NCBI GenBank assembly: GCA_963693365.1
Contig: CAVNZM010000011.1
Coordinates: forward strand, 4,100,639 to 4,164,638
Length of the DNA stretch: 64,000 nt
DNA from: Amoebidium appalachense
Taxonomy: Eukaryota > Protista > Ichthyosporea
Reading direction: 5' to 3'
The position numbers were made by a program, and so were the translations under genes. Shown here piece after piece: positions 32,532 to 56,529 of the stretch. The first letter of the stretch is position 1, and each line of letters begins with the position of its first letter. Below the pieces are notes generated by a model. The model saw only the letters and a list, made by a program, of their open reading frames with translations, searched no databases and was not told the origin of the DNA.

Positions 32532-34525
32532 GGGGAACCCCAACTAATTGATTTCTCCTTGTAGTCTTTATGGTGTGACAGTCTCGTAGAGAAAGTAAAC
32601 CCTGATATATAGTCACCACCCGACATCTATGTACGTGATCATGATATACCGCTGAGGGGATATTCCGAGCAAACCCCCCCCCCCCCATACCTGAGACTGG
32701 TTCTCTTTGCCTCGAGTAAACAGCGTAAACCCCAAAAGAATCTACTATCTGTTTACTGCATTTACACCTCTCCGGGGATTGAAATTATATAGCAGTTTGC
32801 AGCAGTCAGATCGGCAGAGAACTCGGCCGCCGTATCAATCAAGGGTTTCGCCAGGTCGAACGTTGCAAGGCCAGACCTGTGCCACTGAGGCTCCTGTGAA
32901 TAAAGAGGTTTGGCATATGCGCAAAGTGGTTTATTTATTATCTATAAGTAGGCACATGTGGTGAGTGGGGTGGGCGACTAGACCTAAGCTTACTCAATGC
33001 ATACACCAACTCGAACCCCGGTTAAATATAGTTCCAACCCTGAAACTTCCTTCTATATAAAGGGACTCGCAGTAGCCGTATCTTGGTCAGTCGGCCGTTG
33101 CGTGGTCAGAGCGGGGCTCTATCGCAAACTTTACACAGCGACCGCAACTAGGGCCTCTCTTTTCCTCTTCTCTCTTTGTTTACAAACATACTACAAAATG
33201 TCCAAGCTTTTCGAGGAGCTCACGGCCCTGCGCCGCCACTTCCACATGTACCCGGAGCCGGGCTTCCAAGAGTTCAACACGCAGAAGCGGATTCAGGAGG
33301 TGGGTGGGCGTGTTAGCTTGCACATAATTTTGCTGTTAACATTAGCGCATGTCACTGTTGGAGTACACTGGTACTCCCGGCTAGCAATGTCTGTTAGAGA
33401 AAGTTTCTGAGCAATTGAATAATTGTTTCAACATGTGCACTCACTCGAGTGCATAGAGCTTTTGTTTACGGTCATATTCATATATGGTAGTTATATGTTT
33501 GAGTTAAAACTGTACCAATGACGAGCTTCACTAGCAAAGTGCTAATTGTGCTCATTAATTAATATTTCCGGTTCAGATGATGTCATGTCTATATTTGCCA
33601 CAGGATTCTATTCTTAGAGACGGTAGTGTGCTTTATTCCCGGATATTCTCAGAATATTTTTAGTTGTGTACATGTGAAGTAAGATTTACGTTTAACTGCA
33701 ATTGGTGTGTTAAACACGTTTATTTGTGTGCTTTAGTGCAAGTTAACTAGCCACTCAACGTGCACAGTTAACTTTTATATCTTTAACGACTTGTTTTCAT
33801 TGTGTTTTTCGGCCATGCTGTACATGGCCCACCACCAGGGTGCACACGAGGCCACCATGAGGTGGCCAACGACTACATAAAGCAGTGCCTCCCATGTCAC
33901 AAACATGGGAAGCAGACCGTTTGATTTACACTTTTCTACTGTCGTTTTCAGTGCACAAAACACATAGACTAGTTACCCATCATACACGACACTATGTCTG
34001 ACAACTTACAGTTGCAGCAACTAGTCCAACTCCAGCTGGAGCAGAGGTTGGCCTCACAAGATGCAATCATTTCTGACTTACAGAAGGAACAACGTGCACT
34101 AGAACTAGCTTCTATGAACACAATGTCCAACAGTCACGACTATTCTGCACCTTAGATTGCACATAATAATGAACACAGGAATGCACGTTGTCAATACCGA
34201 TTAAACTGCTAGAGTGCGTGCTAATGTAGAATCCTTTTTATGTACACGTGTAGTAGTATGTAGCCCAGCAGCCGGAATTGAAGCTCCCTAATTTACCAAG
34301 CCAAAAACAATTAGCAATGGCAAAAAACCTGTTGCGACCCAAATTTGGGTTTTAGCTGCTCTTTGCTAACCTCTTATTCTTGTTATTGTCCCAGTACCGA
34401 AGAACCATCCTTGGTAGGTACGTATACGTTGAAAAATAATGGCCTTGTCCTCTCAGGAAGCCATTGGCAAGGCTGGGGTTCCTGCAGAGAGCTCGAGCAT
34501 TCAAGTGTGTGCCACCACCGGATTG

Positions 34526-36058
34526 TTAAATTGTATAAGTATTTGGGACAGGAAGCAGAGACACAGTGGTGCAGTGTGAAAACATCACAGACACACAACA
34601 ACAAAACACGGAACGATCGGAGCAGTGTACACAACAGACATCAATGTTTAGACACGACTGAACACAATTTATTTCGATCTCATATATATACTCGAAATTC
34701 CCTTAAGTCAAATCCATACATGATTTCCGACTGGTCGGAAATCTGATTCTTTGTCTAAAATAACCAATCACAATTAACTGATTATTTCCCGGATAGATCC
34801 GGCGACACAGGAACACACACCATAGCTCACAGCAACTAGAAAGTATTGAGGTGAAAAGTAACGAGGAAAGAGGTGATGTTTCTAACCTATCACCGGCTGC
34901 AAAGACTCTGACACTTTCTGACTAAGTCTACTGATTGGTCAGAGCACGGCAACACACAAAACTAAAGTGGTTGACTAAGCTATGATTCACACATGACAAG
35001 CTAAAGTGTAGCCTAAGTGTTTTCCTACCAATCAAAACATTACAAGTAATACAATTTTTTTATTTTATCCCGTTTCACTCCCGGCGAGGCACTGACTCAG
35101 GGGAGCTTACCGTCTTCCGCCTAGACACAGATCGTACTGTATAGCACTCATAAGTCTCGATTCTAATTGACCCCAACTGGCACTATTTTTAGTTACGCCT
35201 TATCCCACGGTTCTAGCCGCAGCAAAGCTAGTGGGGAAGTGAGCACACTCTCACTTTAACAACACCAGCCGGGAGCGACCCGGGACACATACACAAACAT
35301 AAAGACTTGAAAGGGGAAGACCCCATGCCCACTGGCAGGACGCTGACCCGAACCGTGGCCGGTGACTCGGATTGGTCTCCCACTTGAACGTTGGGCTGGG
35401 ATGCCCAAGCGGCGCGCCGTCGACGTCAGAGGGCCGGTGCTGTTCATGATGTCATGTCTTGCGGCCGGATGATAACAAATTGGTGGTGCTGCTTGACGTG
35501 GTCTGGGGTGATGGCTTCTAGGGGGCGGTCAGACCGGTGGACCGTCGAGGCAGAAAAATCGGAAGTAATCGGGATCGATCCTGCGACTTTGAGCTTGACA
35601 CGCAGAGATCTTACCATTCACCAACCCGCCCCTAACGAGTAATACAAAGCTACTCAACGTATATTAGTGAAAAAGAAACATAATCATGTGAAAGAAAACA
35701 AGGGAGAAAAGAAAGAGAAAAGAAAGAAGGAGGAGGTCAAGGAAAGAGAGAAGAAAACAGGACAGAAAACACGTACACGAAAACACAGTTGTAACAGAAG
35801 ATATTTACGTACACATAAACATGTACACGTTTCTCCCTGAGTGGGTGGAAACGTGTACACACACATCAACACACTAACCAGTGACAAAGTACACGATTAG
35901 GACCGATCTATCACGATTACGTGTGTATACTATACACATTAGAGATCGATGAGACATTAAATTTTTTCGTAATAGGAGTGTGACATATATACTAAGCACA
36001 TGAACTGAAACATAACTCAAACTGAAAAGATCTTACCTAATGTAGATACTAGGTGCTA
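34526..36058. mobile_element. 1533-bp non-coding insertion with 5-bp TSD (GATTG) in amidohydrolase A exon 2
   Basis: Copy B reads ccaccgGATTGgtcatcg. Copy A reads ccaccgGATTG[34526-36058]GATTGgtcatcg. Confidence 0.85.
35560..35632 (-). other. tRNA-derived (SINE-like) Pol III head inside the insertion
   Basis: Minus strand ggggcgggtTGGTGAATGGtaag...GGATCGATCCc: A-box-like and B-box-like motifs at tRNA spacing, but no intact cloverleaf. Confidence 0.5.
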
Positions 36059-36532
36059 GATTGGTCATCGACATCAAGGGCCAGGCTCCCCCTGTGTATG
36101 CCCCCCACCCCCCCCTCCCCCCGCTCTCTCTCTCTCTCTCCCCCCCCCCCCCCCCCACCACCACCACCACCACCTCCCCCCTTCCCCCCTCTTCACGTTT
36201 CTCGCCACACATAAACGGCTCTTAAGATGTGCCCTCCCTCCCCCCTTCCCTCCTTCCCTCCCTCCCAAACCCACCCAACTTCATTCCGACCTCTGCAGGG
36301 AGACTGGTGCTGATACTATCGATGTGATTGCACTGAGAGCTGACATGGACTGTCTGCCGATGACTCGGAAGTCAATCCAGTAACAACCGTCATCCCTCCG
36401 TCACCCTATGGTGCCAATGCGTTCACATAGGATGAAAAACGAAAACGGATTGAAAATTACAAAATGGTACACACGAAGGTTGGACGCACGTGCAATGGCT
36501 GCGGGGATTCGAAGGGAGTGCTTTTTTTTTTT

Positions 36533-36563
<31 letters not shown>

Positions 36564-36739
36564 GGGAAGAAGGACAGGAAGGTGTACAGACATTCTGGTC
36601 CCACATCAGAGCAACGACGGACACACTGTTGGAATACGTCACCATGTATGACAGCAAGAGTCTTGAAGTATGTATGTGTCTTAGCTTGTTTGTATTCGTG
36701 TCTGCTTTCCTTCTTTGTGCTCTTTCTCTTTTCTTTCTC

Positions 36740-36770
<31 letters not shown>

Positions 36771-37657
36771 TCCCCCCCCCCCCCCCCCCCCCCCGTATCT
36801 CTCTCTCCCTAGTTTCTGTGAGCACAGATATCTGTAGATCTGTGCACACCTGGCTCTCTTGCCTGATAAGAACTTGTTGTATTTTATTTCTGTTTGCTCT
36901 CCTCTGTTTATCTGAGAGGTAGCGTGATTAACTAGCTACACTCGTTGTCTTTCCTTTATTTCAAAATGGCTTCTGAGTTTTGTTCTCAAAGGATGGCTCG
37001 CCAATAGTCACGAGCGAGTACATCTGTAGATCGTGTTGTGCATTCCTGTCTATTAATATATGTGTGTTGTGATTGGACAATAGATATATATGGAATTCGG
37101 TTTATTGAAAAGTGTCTTCACTTTGAGAGTGTCGACTATTAGGAAATATATGTATTTAAATAAGTTTCTTTATAGAGACGAACATAAATATATATGTGGG
37201 TTAATAGTGACTAGATGTATAATTACTTAATTTATTTAAGTAAGAGTTTCTAAACTTTAGTTTAATCGGAAGTTGGAATGCGTATGCTCTGTCGGAATGT
37301 GTTTTTCTATCTTCTGATAGAACCGATTGGTTCTCCCTCTTTAGTTGTGATAAGGTGATAAGTCGCCAGTACAAAAGGAACCGAGAGCACAATAAAGAAT
37401 CAGTTGTTGTTTGAATCTTTCAATGTCTCGTGAACCGTGAACTCCGATTGCCCTCTCATTAATGTGTTAGTCGTGTTTTACATGACACCTCTGTGCACTC
37501 TGCTCCCTTAGACCCGTACAAAACAACACACACATATATCCACAAACAAACCGACCTCCCTCCTTTCTTCCCCCTCCCCTTCAGATCCTCAGCAGCACGT
37601 GGGTAACCTCCCAAACTTTGGCAATAATTTCAAGGCATGTCTACTATCGTTTCTGTA

Positions 37658-38778
<1,121 letters not shown>

Positions 38779-38969
38779 TATCCGAAAGCCTTTTCAGGTT
38801 CGTGTAAAAACGAACACAAGGCTCAACAATTTTCTTGAATATCACTGTCAGGTTCACGTAAGACCTAGCGAACGTGAGGCTTTTGTCATGAGTGTTCAAG
38901 AGACGTGCTGTGCACAGCCCCTTGAATGAGAAAATGGGCCAGTTTCACGTACATACGACACATACATAA

Positions 38970-39190
38970 TGCGCCGTCGGGTAGGGGCACGCAAACCATG
39001 TGCGCTGTGCACTAGTGGGGCCCACGCACATCATGTGGGCCGTGGATCCACGTCCGTCATGTCCCATGGACATACACATGGTACACACACATGTTGTGCG
39101 TGCGTGTACATGATTTGCGTGCCCCTACGTCCCACGGCGGCGCACATGACTCATGATGTGCGTGGGCTCAGAGTCCATTCATGGGCACAT
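38970..39190. repeat. Interleaved inverted repeats (A-B-A'-B')
   Basis: A 38981-39001 pairs with 39108-39128 (20/21). B 39020-39035 pairs with 39152-39167 (16/16). Confidence 0.85.
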
Positions 39191-40183
39191 GACCTGCAAG
39201 CATGCACATGATGCACACATACTTTCTAATTAGTGATTAATTCATATGCATCTTTATGAGTTTCACGCTAGCAAAAACTTCATGTATACGGCACGGAAAC
39301 AAGGCATGCGAAAAGTTAAGTGCCTATCAAAACTTGTAAGTGACACAATTCTTCGAGACTGTGCGTGCCGCACGCGTCGTGCAGCCCACTGCCCGCACGG
39401 CTGTATACCGGATCTACAAGATCTACAATAATCTGGGCTACTAATGGCTGTAGTCTATCAGTGGCCCAAGAGATCTAGATTCTAGATCCTCGGCCGCTGG
39501 CGTCAGCGTCTGAGCCTCGTGAGCAGCCTACCGTGCTTACGTGCGCCGGGACACTACGGGTGTCGTATGGCACAGGCATTGTGTGTATGTGTGTGTGTGC
39601 CGAAGGCTTCAGGCCCGTTAGCGTGCCCCCGCAGGGGGCACGCAGAGCCAAGAAATGGCTAGTAGATACATGATGATGAGCTGACATGTCGCGGTAATGA
39701 TATTTATATTTATACGCATTTATATCCACGCAGGTTTCCTATTGGCTACCGTGAATGCACGAGTCATCACGGTTTGAAATTTTTCGACCGAGCAATGGCG
39801 CATACGTGAGCTGCATACGTGAGCTGCATACGTGGTATACTCTTTCTGCTCACCCTCGAGTTGCGAGTTACCTCTACAGGTGCTTGCTATTTTTTTTTCT
39901 TAGACATTGGATAATCAACGTGTTTTTTTTTAATGATAAAGGTACACGAACAACAAACTTACTGTTTACGCGGTATCATATGTGTTTGCGAACCAACCTG
40001 CTGCGCAGCACACCCAGTGACTGGCCAGATCTGATTCAGATGTCGCGGTTCATCGGGAGGTGCACAGTGAGCCACTTTATTTTTTTGCCCCAGTGATCAG
40101 TGCCCGGGCTGTCTCTTCCTGAACCAGCCAGCCAGCTGTTTCAAGTTTTGTTTGTTCTTTTCTCCACCTTCGCTAGAGCCAAA

Positions 40184-49325
<9,142 letters not shown>

Positions 49326-50258
49326 TGTGTGTGTGTGCCGTGTGTGTGTGTGGTGGTGGTGGGTGGGGGGGGGGGGGGGGGGGGGGGGGTGGGGGGGAGT
49401 TGGTAGGTGTCGGAGAGAGGTGGGGGGGGGGGGGGGGGGGGAAGGGGGGAGGGGGGCGGATAACACTAGCGTTTGATATGAGCCTCTTTCACCAGTTATA
49501 TATTTTAGAATATCAATTAAACAGCGTCAAACAATAGAAACAAAGGACTCTCACTCAACCTTAAACCCCCCATTTTTATTCCGAATTTATTTATTTTTAT
49601 TTTAGTTTTGTTATTTTTTTGTTTTTTATTTTGTATACCTCAGTCTTCTTAGTGGGCCTGATAACTCGCATGCAACATTAACCTTAAATTTAGACACTGT
49701 TTCTTTTCCCCCTTTGTTTTTTTGTGATTCAAGTGTGTGCTGGTGACTGTTGATGGTTCCTACACCTAAGATGTTGTGACTTTTGCAGTGTATTAAGGCA
49801 GAATCTCCGGAGCCAACAAATAAATGCTTTTTGCCACATACACCATTTCTCTCGATCAGGACGGCTTGCCCGCCAGAAGTACAGGAAATCCATTGTTTCA
49901 TGATCAAATACCCGTCGATGAATTAGTATGGTTTGCACATCCATTCAGCCAACAGCCATATGATTATAGATTGGCATAGATAGCTTTTCTTTCCTTTATT
50001 ACTTTTATTAGGCCTCGCGACCCCGTGCGACGATATATTGTCAAGTGGTGTCCGTATTAGTGTCGCCGCCTATGGCATGACAATAGGCTCTAACAGTTCA
50101 AGTTTTTCTCTTTCTTGGGGTGGGCGCACGTGCATGTGTACACACGTGACGTGTGGTTAGGTAGTGAAGTAATACCCCCCTCCCCCCCTTTCCCCCCGGC
50201 CTTTACCCCAGCATGCACGTTCGCACACCAAGCCAGCCCCCCTCCCTCCCCCTCCCCG

Positions 50259-50297
<39 letters not shown>

Positions 50298-51765
50298 TTC
50301 TCCCCCGGGAGGCAACACGTCTCATGACGTCTCATGATGGACTCGGGAATATAGGGGCGGAGGGGGGGGGGGGGGGGGGGTGAATTCATAATTCACGTGT
50401 GCGTGCGGTGGTACCGACTGTGGTGTGTGCAGAGGGTGGGGATGAGGGGGGGGGGGGGGGGGGGGGGAGGGGGGGAGGGGGAGGCCTTGAGGGGAGGGTG
50501 AATAATTCAATACAGTAGTTTTCTTGCAGCAGGGTGTACAAAAGAGTACGTATCTGCATGGTTGGCGGTGGTGTTGGAAAGGTAGAAATGTGCTGTTTTG
50601 ATTGGACTGTCTCCAATAATGTGCCTTTATCAGGATCTGTCCATGCGGCTGTGCATCTCATATTAATCGTTTTCTGTGTATCGGCCGAGATCCCACAGTG
50701 TGCTTGCAAGTGACACTGTGTGTGACGTATGTACACACACACACAGACACACACACACTCACACTCACACAAACACATGAACACACAACAACCAAGCGCA
50801 TATATATGCACATTCAGATGGGCACATTGGTGAAATACTTGCCTACCGTGAACTATGAAACTTAAGTTACAGCACAGACGTGTGTTGGAACACATGTTCC
50901 AGTGTTCGAATTCCAGTGTAGCCCCGGAATCCGATTGAAAACGGAGGGGAAGTCTTGCATTTGCAATCATAACGCCGCCGTCCCTCACACCATCACACTT
51001 GTATGCATTGTTTATAATACATATATATCCGTGTTTTTAATTTGCACATTGATCTGATTGGATACAAGCCGAAACAAAAAAAAGCTATTGGTTCCCACCA
51101 AGATCAGACAGAATACGATTTGCTGAATGTCACACTGCTATGTGATATGACACTACCCATTTCAGTAGGGTCAGGCCGAAGAAGGGGGCACATAACATGT
51201 TTTGTCACAACCCGTTTTATTTACATCCCATGTTAACGGTTCAGAGTTTCACCACGTTTGTCAATGGTGAATGTGTTTATGCATACAAACGATGCGAGGG
51301 AACTTGGGTATTGAATGTACATGATAACAGGGAGGGAGGTATCAGGAGCAGAGAACATGAGAAAGATGAAGTTTAACCCTAATTGGTGCACGGCTAGGGC
51401 TAATAAGGTAGAACAATGACTTGCCAGCAGTCAAGAGTGTACTTGGATTGTAACATGTGGAAACAAATACTGAAATAAATACAAATACCCCCCCCCCCCC
51501 CCCCCACTAGAACAAAAAAAAAGCAAAACAACTACACGCGCACGGGTGCGTTCCCTCCCCCCCCCCTCCACACACACACACAACCCCAACCACTCCCCTT
51601 ACGCACACAAACATATACATACGCCACCCCACCACCCATACAAACAACCTCCCCTCCCCCTCCCCCCCCCCCCCCCTCTCCTCCCCTCCTCCTCACCCCC
51701 CTCCCCCCCACCCACCCACCCACCCACCCCCCCACACACACACAGCCAACCACACACACATGCAG

Positions 51766-51922
51766 TTATTGGGTGTAAGGTTTTGGCTCCATCCCCTCTG
51801 GGGGCTGCACCTCGATCTTCTTTGAGCCAACATCCTTCCAGTTGGTTGAGAGCACAGTGCCTCCACTCTCAACAAACGACTTGTTCATTGCGCGCCTGTG
51901 GGTGTACGTGTGCATGTGTGTG

Positions 51923-51959
<37 letters not shown>

Positions 51960-52459
51960 ACGCGCGGGTGTCCATACGTGTGAACAAGTGTGTATTTACA
52001 CGAGGACAGTGGTTTTTGCATGTGTTGGTATGCATGCATAAGGTGGGGGGGGGAGGTAGTGGTAAGAAACCAGTACGTGGTAACAAGAACAAACTCACAA
52101 TGGCCCAACAGTAACACCATGTACCATGCATGTGTGCCTCCTTGTGTGTGTGTTCCACGTAGATCCCATCCACAAATGTGTGTGTGTGTGTGTGTGTGTG
52201 TTGGGGCGTTGGGAGGTCTTGGGGGGGGGGGGGGGGGGGGGAGGGGGGGGGGGGGGGGGGGAGGGGGGGGGAGGGGCAACCGAAGGTGAATGATTGGCTG
52301 ATTGAAATCACACATGTCGCTTTCTCAGTGTGCACACACAGGCACAAACCTACACCATTAGACACACAACCACCATACCAACTGTCACACCCACACACTC
52401 AAACCCACCCATCCACCTATCCTACCATCCTTTCCACCCACAAGCCCATCACCACCGAC

Positions 52460-52505
<46 letters not shown>

Positions 52506-52615
52506 GGGCGCGCACGCACCCACCCATCGACCCACCCCTCCCCACCCACCCACCACGCCATCACCAACACATCCATCCACCCGTCCACCCGTCCACGCAC
52601 AGACACACCCTAGCT

Positions 52616-52655
<40 letters not shown>

Positions 52656-52790
52656 ACCCTTCACTCCACCCCCTACACACACGCATGTGTGCACATACAC
52701 GCACGCAAGCACACCCCACACCCTTACCCCCCCCCCCCCCCCCCCCCCCCCAAAAAAAAAGGACACACGCACGTAACACCAACCTGTTAG

Positions 52791-52831
<41 letters not shown>

Positions 52832-52832
52832 A

Positions 52833-52913
<81 letters not shown>

Positions 52914-53646
52914 GAGATATACCTAGTATCCTCGTCCGCATTTGCATATATCTGCTGGAACAGCTTGTTTACCCCCCCCCCCCCCCCCCCCCCCACCCCA
53001 CCCCCCCGCACCCCCCCCCCCCCCGCACCCCCCACCCACACTCACACACCCACCCACACACGCTGAGATACACGAGCAAACTCACGAGATACATGAGAAA
53101 ATTGACGAGATATATACCTTGTATCCTCGTCCGCATTTGCGTATATCTGCTGGAACAGCTTGTTTACAGCCTGGTCGCCCTCCAGCTTCTCATCCTTCTC
53201 CTCCTGCTTGATCTCTGCTACAAGCATGTCCCAGTCTCTCTGGCCCCTCTTGTTGGATGAGGGATAGCTGGGGCGCTCCTAATGATAGGAGATATATTTA
53301 AGTGTTAGGTTGTATAATGGGTGGTAGGCATGGGGATAAAAAAGAGTAGTGGAAAGAAACACGTGTTATGTATCAAACTGAATAAAGAGTGGTAGGAATG
53401 AGCATAAACAACTGGTACTGACGGGGGATTTTGGTGTCAAGTACTTATGTTATGGAGTGTTTGAAATGAGCACAAACAACAGGTATTGGAAGGAAGCACA
53501 GGTGATTACTTATCGACTTGTTTGTTGTAGGAATCAGCATAAACATGGCTTATTGGCAGGAGAAACAATTGGAGATTGTTACGAGCAATGTACAACAAAT
53601 ATTGCAGGCATTCAAAGTCAATATAGTGGCAACCATTGTCGTATTG

Positions 53647-53689
<43 letters not shown>

Positions 53690-54035
53690 AAATAAATAAA
53701 TAAAATAAAATGATAACAACCTAACTCGAAGAAACAAGCAGGAAGCATACAAATCAACCAGCCAGCACAGCAATAAAGAGACATTTCTTTCGATCACATC
53801 CACTCTCCCCTCACTCCTACCTCTTTCCCTACCACCCATCAAACCTCTGCTTCCATTCTTCACCATTCATTGACCATCCCCCCCCCCCCCCCCCCCCCCC
53901 CCCACCCCCACCCCCAACCACCCCATCCCCCTTCACCCCACCCCTCCCAAACCTCACAAAACATAAACGAGAACGCTCACGCACACACACACAAACACAG
54001 GCACGCACACAGCACACAAACGGAGTGCACACAGC

Positions 54036-54066
<31 letters not shown>

Positions 54067-54184
54067 TTCCTCCTCGAAACCCACCCACCCCACCCACCCA
54101 CTATCCACTCGCCCCCCTACCATCCTCTCCCCCCCCCCCCCCCCCCTCCCTCCCCCCTCACCCCCAAACCAGCCTCCCGCCCTC

Positions 54185-54276
<92 letters not shown>

Positions 54277-55248
54277 CACACGCACGCACACACACACACA
54301 CACACGCACACCTTGTCCTGTGGTGCCTCCCTAACCTCTGTGCCCTCCAGTGCAGGCCACTTCATGGGTGTGGCCTTCTTCAGTTTGATCTCCACACGTG
54401 TGCCTAGTACGTCCAGTCGGTAGTCACTGGGGTCTACATCCTGTGTGTGTGTGTTGTTGGAAGTTGGTGGTGGGGTAATGGGGGAGGAGGGGGAGAGGGG
54501 GGGGGGGGGTGGGGAGGGGGGGATTGGGGTTGGTGGGTTGGTGGGTGGGTGGGTGTGGGTGTTGGGGGGGGGGGGGGGGGAGGGGGGGAGGAGGAGACGA
54601 GTTGAGTGTGGGGGGTGGATGGGTGGGGAAAAGGGAGGGAACGGATATGTTGGCGAATGTGTCAGTATATGCATGCTTTTCAAGTGTGTGTACGCGCTTC
54701 AGATTGTGAAGAGGGCAGGGTCATACGTGTGTGCCCCCCCCTCCCCCCCTCCCCCTATAAACCCCCCCTCTCTCTTCCCCCACGCCATCTCTCTCTCTCT
54801 CCCTCGCCCCCTTTCTCTCTCTCCCTTTGCTCCTTCCACCTTCCCAGCCGACCTCGCTCATCCTCCCCCCCCTCCCCCCCCTCCCTGGGGCCACCACGGC
54901 ACCGCTGCACCCGCCGGAAAACAAGAACAACGAAAAATGAGAGATATTGACAATAATCGTCAGCCGACTCCCCAACCTCTCCATCTCAACTTTCGCTCTT
55001 CCCCTAGTCTCTCTTCCCCCCCCCCCCCCCCTCCCCCCCCCCCTCCCCCCCCCCCCCCCCACACACCCATCCTACTTCTTTCCCTCCCCCCTCCCTCCCT
55101 CCCCCCCCCCCCCCCCGCCCCACACACATCCCACTTCTCTCCCTCTCCCATTTCTACCCCCACACCTTCCCATCTACCCAAAGCCGATAGTCAACCCCCT
55201 CCCCAACCCCCCAGCCCCCTCTCCTCCCACGGACTAAATTTCTCCACA

Positions 55249-55284
<36 letters not shown>

Positions 55285-55664
55285 CACATACCCCCGCCAA
55301 GTCCAAATCCAAATTGTAAGTTGCCCCCGTAGGCAGGCCAATGTCCACACTCAGGGACCTGGGCTCAACCTGCACGTGCACACCCTCCCTCTTTGCCCGC
55401 TTGACAAGCACACCCACCACCACGTGTGTGTCTGTCTGGTACCACTCGTGCTTGATCCGTAGCCCGGACGTTGTGCTTGCAGGGGGGCTTGGGTAGAGGT
55501 GGGGGCGGGGGCGGAGGGGGTGGTCGTGGTGGATGGTGGGGCGATCGTGGGTGCTGCTGGCTGTTTTGATAGTGTGTGTGTGTGTGTGTGTGTGGTGGGG
55601 TGAGGTGGGGGCGGTGTGTGTGTGTGTGTGTGTTCGTGTGTGTGCGTGCACACGTTTGTGTGTC

Positions 55665-55695
<31 letters not shown>

Positions 55696-56293
55696 CACGC
55701 ACGCGCACACACGCATGTATGCATGTGTGTGTGCGTGTGAGTGCCTGCAAATTACGAGGCCGGTGGGGTTGGCAGCAAGCCGGAAGTGGCTGTGCCAGGA
55801 GAGGTGGGGTGGGGCGTGTATTTGTATGTCTGTTTGGGAAAGGAGGTACGTGGGGCAGTGGGGTGATGGGGGATGAGGAATCAGTCAACTCAATATTATA
55901 AGTACGGGGGTTCAAAGATCATAGTGGCTGCCCAGCAACTCCCCCCCCCCCCCCCCCCCTTCCCCCCCTCCCCCCCCCTCTCCCCCCTCCCCCCCCTCCC
56001 CCCCCCCCCCCCCCCCCCACCCCCCCTCCCTCCCCTCCCTCGGGACGATAACAACAGCAATAGATCTATAGCAACGACAAAAACAGGGAAGTAAAAATAA
56101 GGGGGGGGGGGGGGGGGAGGGGGAAAGGGGAGAGGGAGGGACAACCAAACCCACACCACATTCCACACTATTTGTACCATGGTCCATTTCCTCGGCAAAC
56201 TACCGTTTCGACTGAAACCCCCCCCCCCCCCCCCCCCCCTTCTTCCCGGCCTCTCCCTCCACCCCCTCCCCCACCTCTCTCCACACACACACA

Positions 56294-56328
<35 letters not shown>

Positions 56329-56493
56329 ACACACACACAACCCCATGATACGACATACCTGTGCTGGTGTACCGTTTGAAGTTGGCGCTGTCTGTGTTGG
56401 TGCCGGGGTAGCCGTGGCAGCGGGCTGTTGGTTTATTTTCAGTTTTCAGTGCACAATAATAGGAAGGGTGAGAGCCGTACGGAAAGAGTGAGG

Positions 56494-56529
<36 letters not shown>

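Larger units (their letters stand above)
33198..36378 (+). pseudogene. M20D amidohydrolase copy A, 5' exons only (33198-33299; 34457-34525 + 36059-36095; 36299-36378), exon 2 disrupted by an insertion
   Basis: MSKLFEELTALRRHFHMYPEPGFQEFNTQKRIQE; TTGLVIDIKG split at the insertion; IALRADMDCLPM. No downstream exons found before copy B. Confidence 0.85.

Noticed and set aside
35560-35632. Functional tRNA gene
   Set aside because: A/B boxes are present but acceptor and anticodon stems do not pair convincingly; treated as a SINE-like head.
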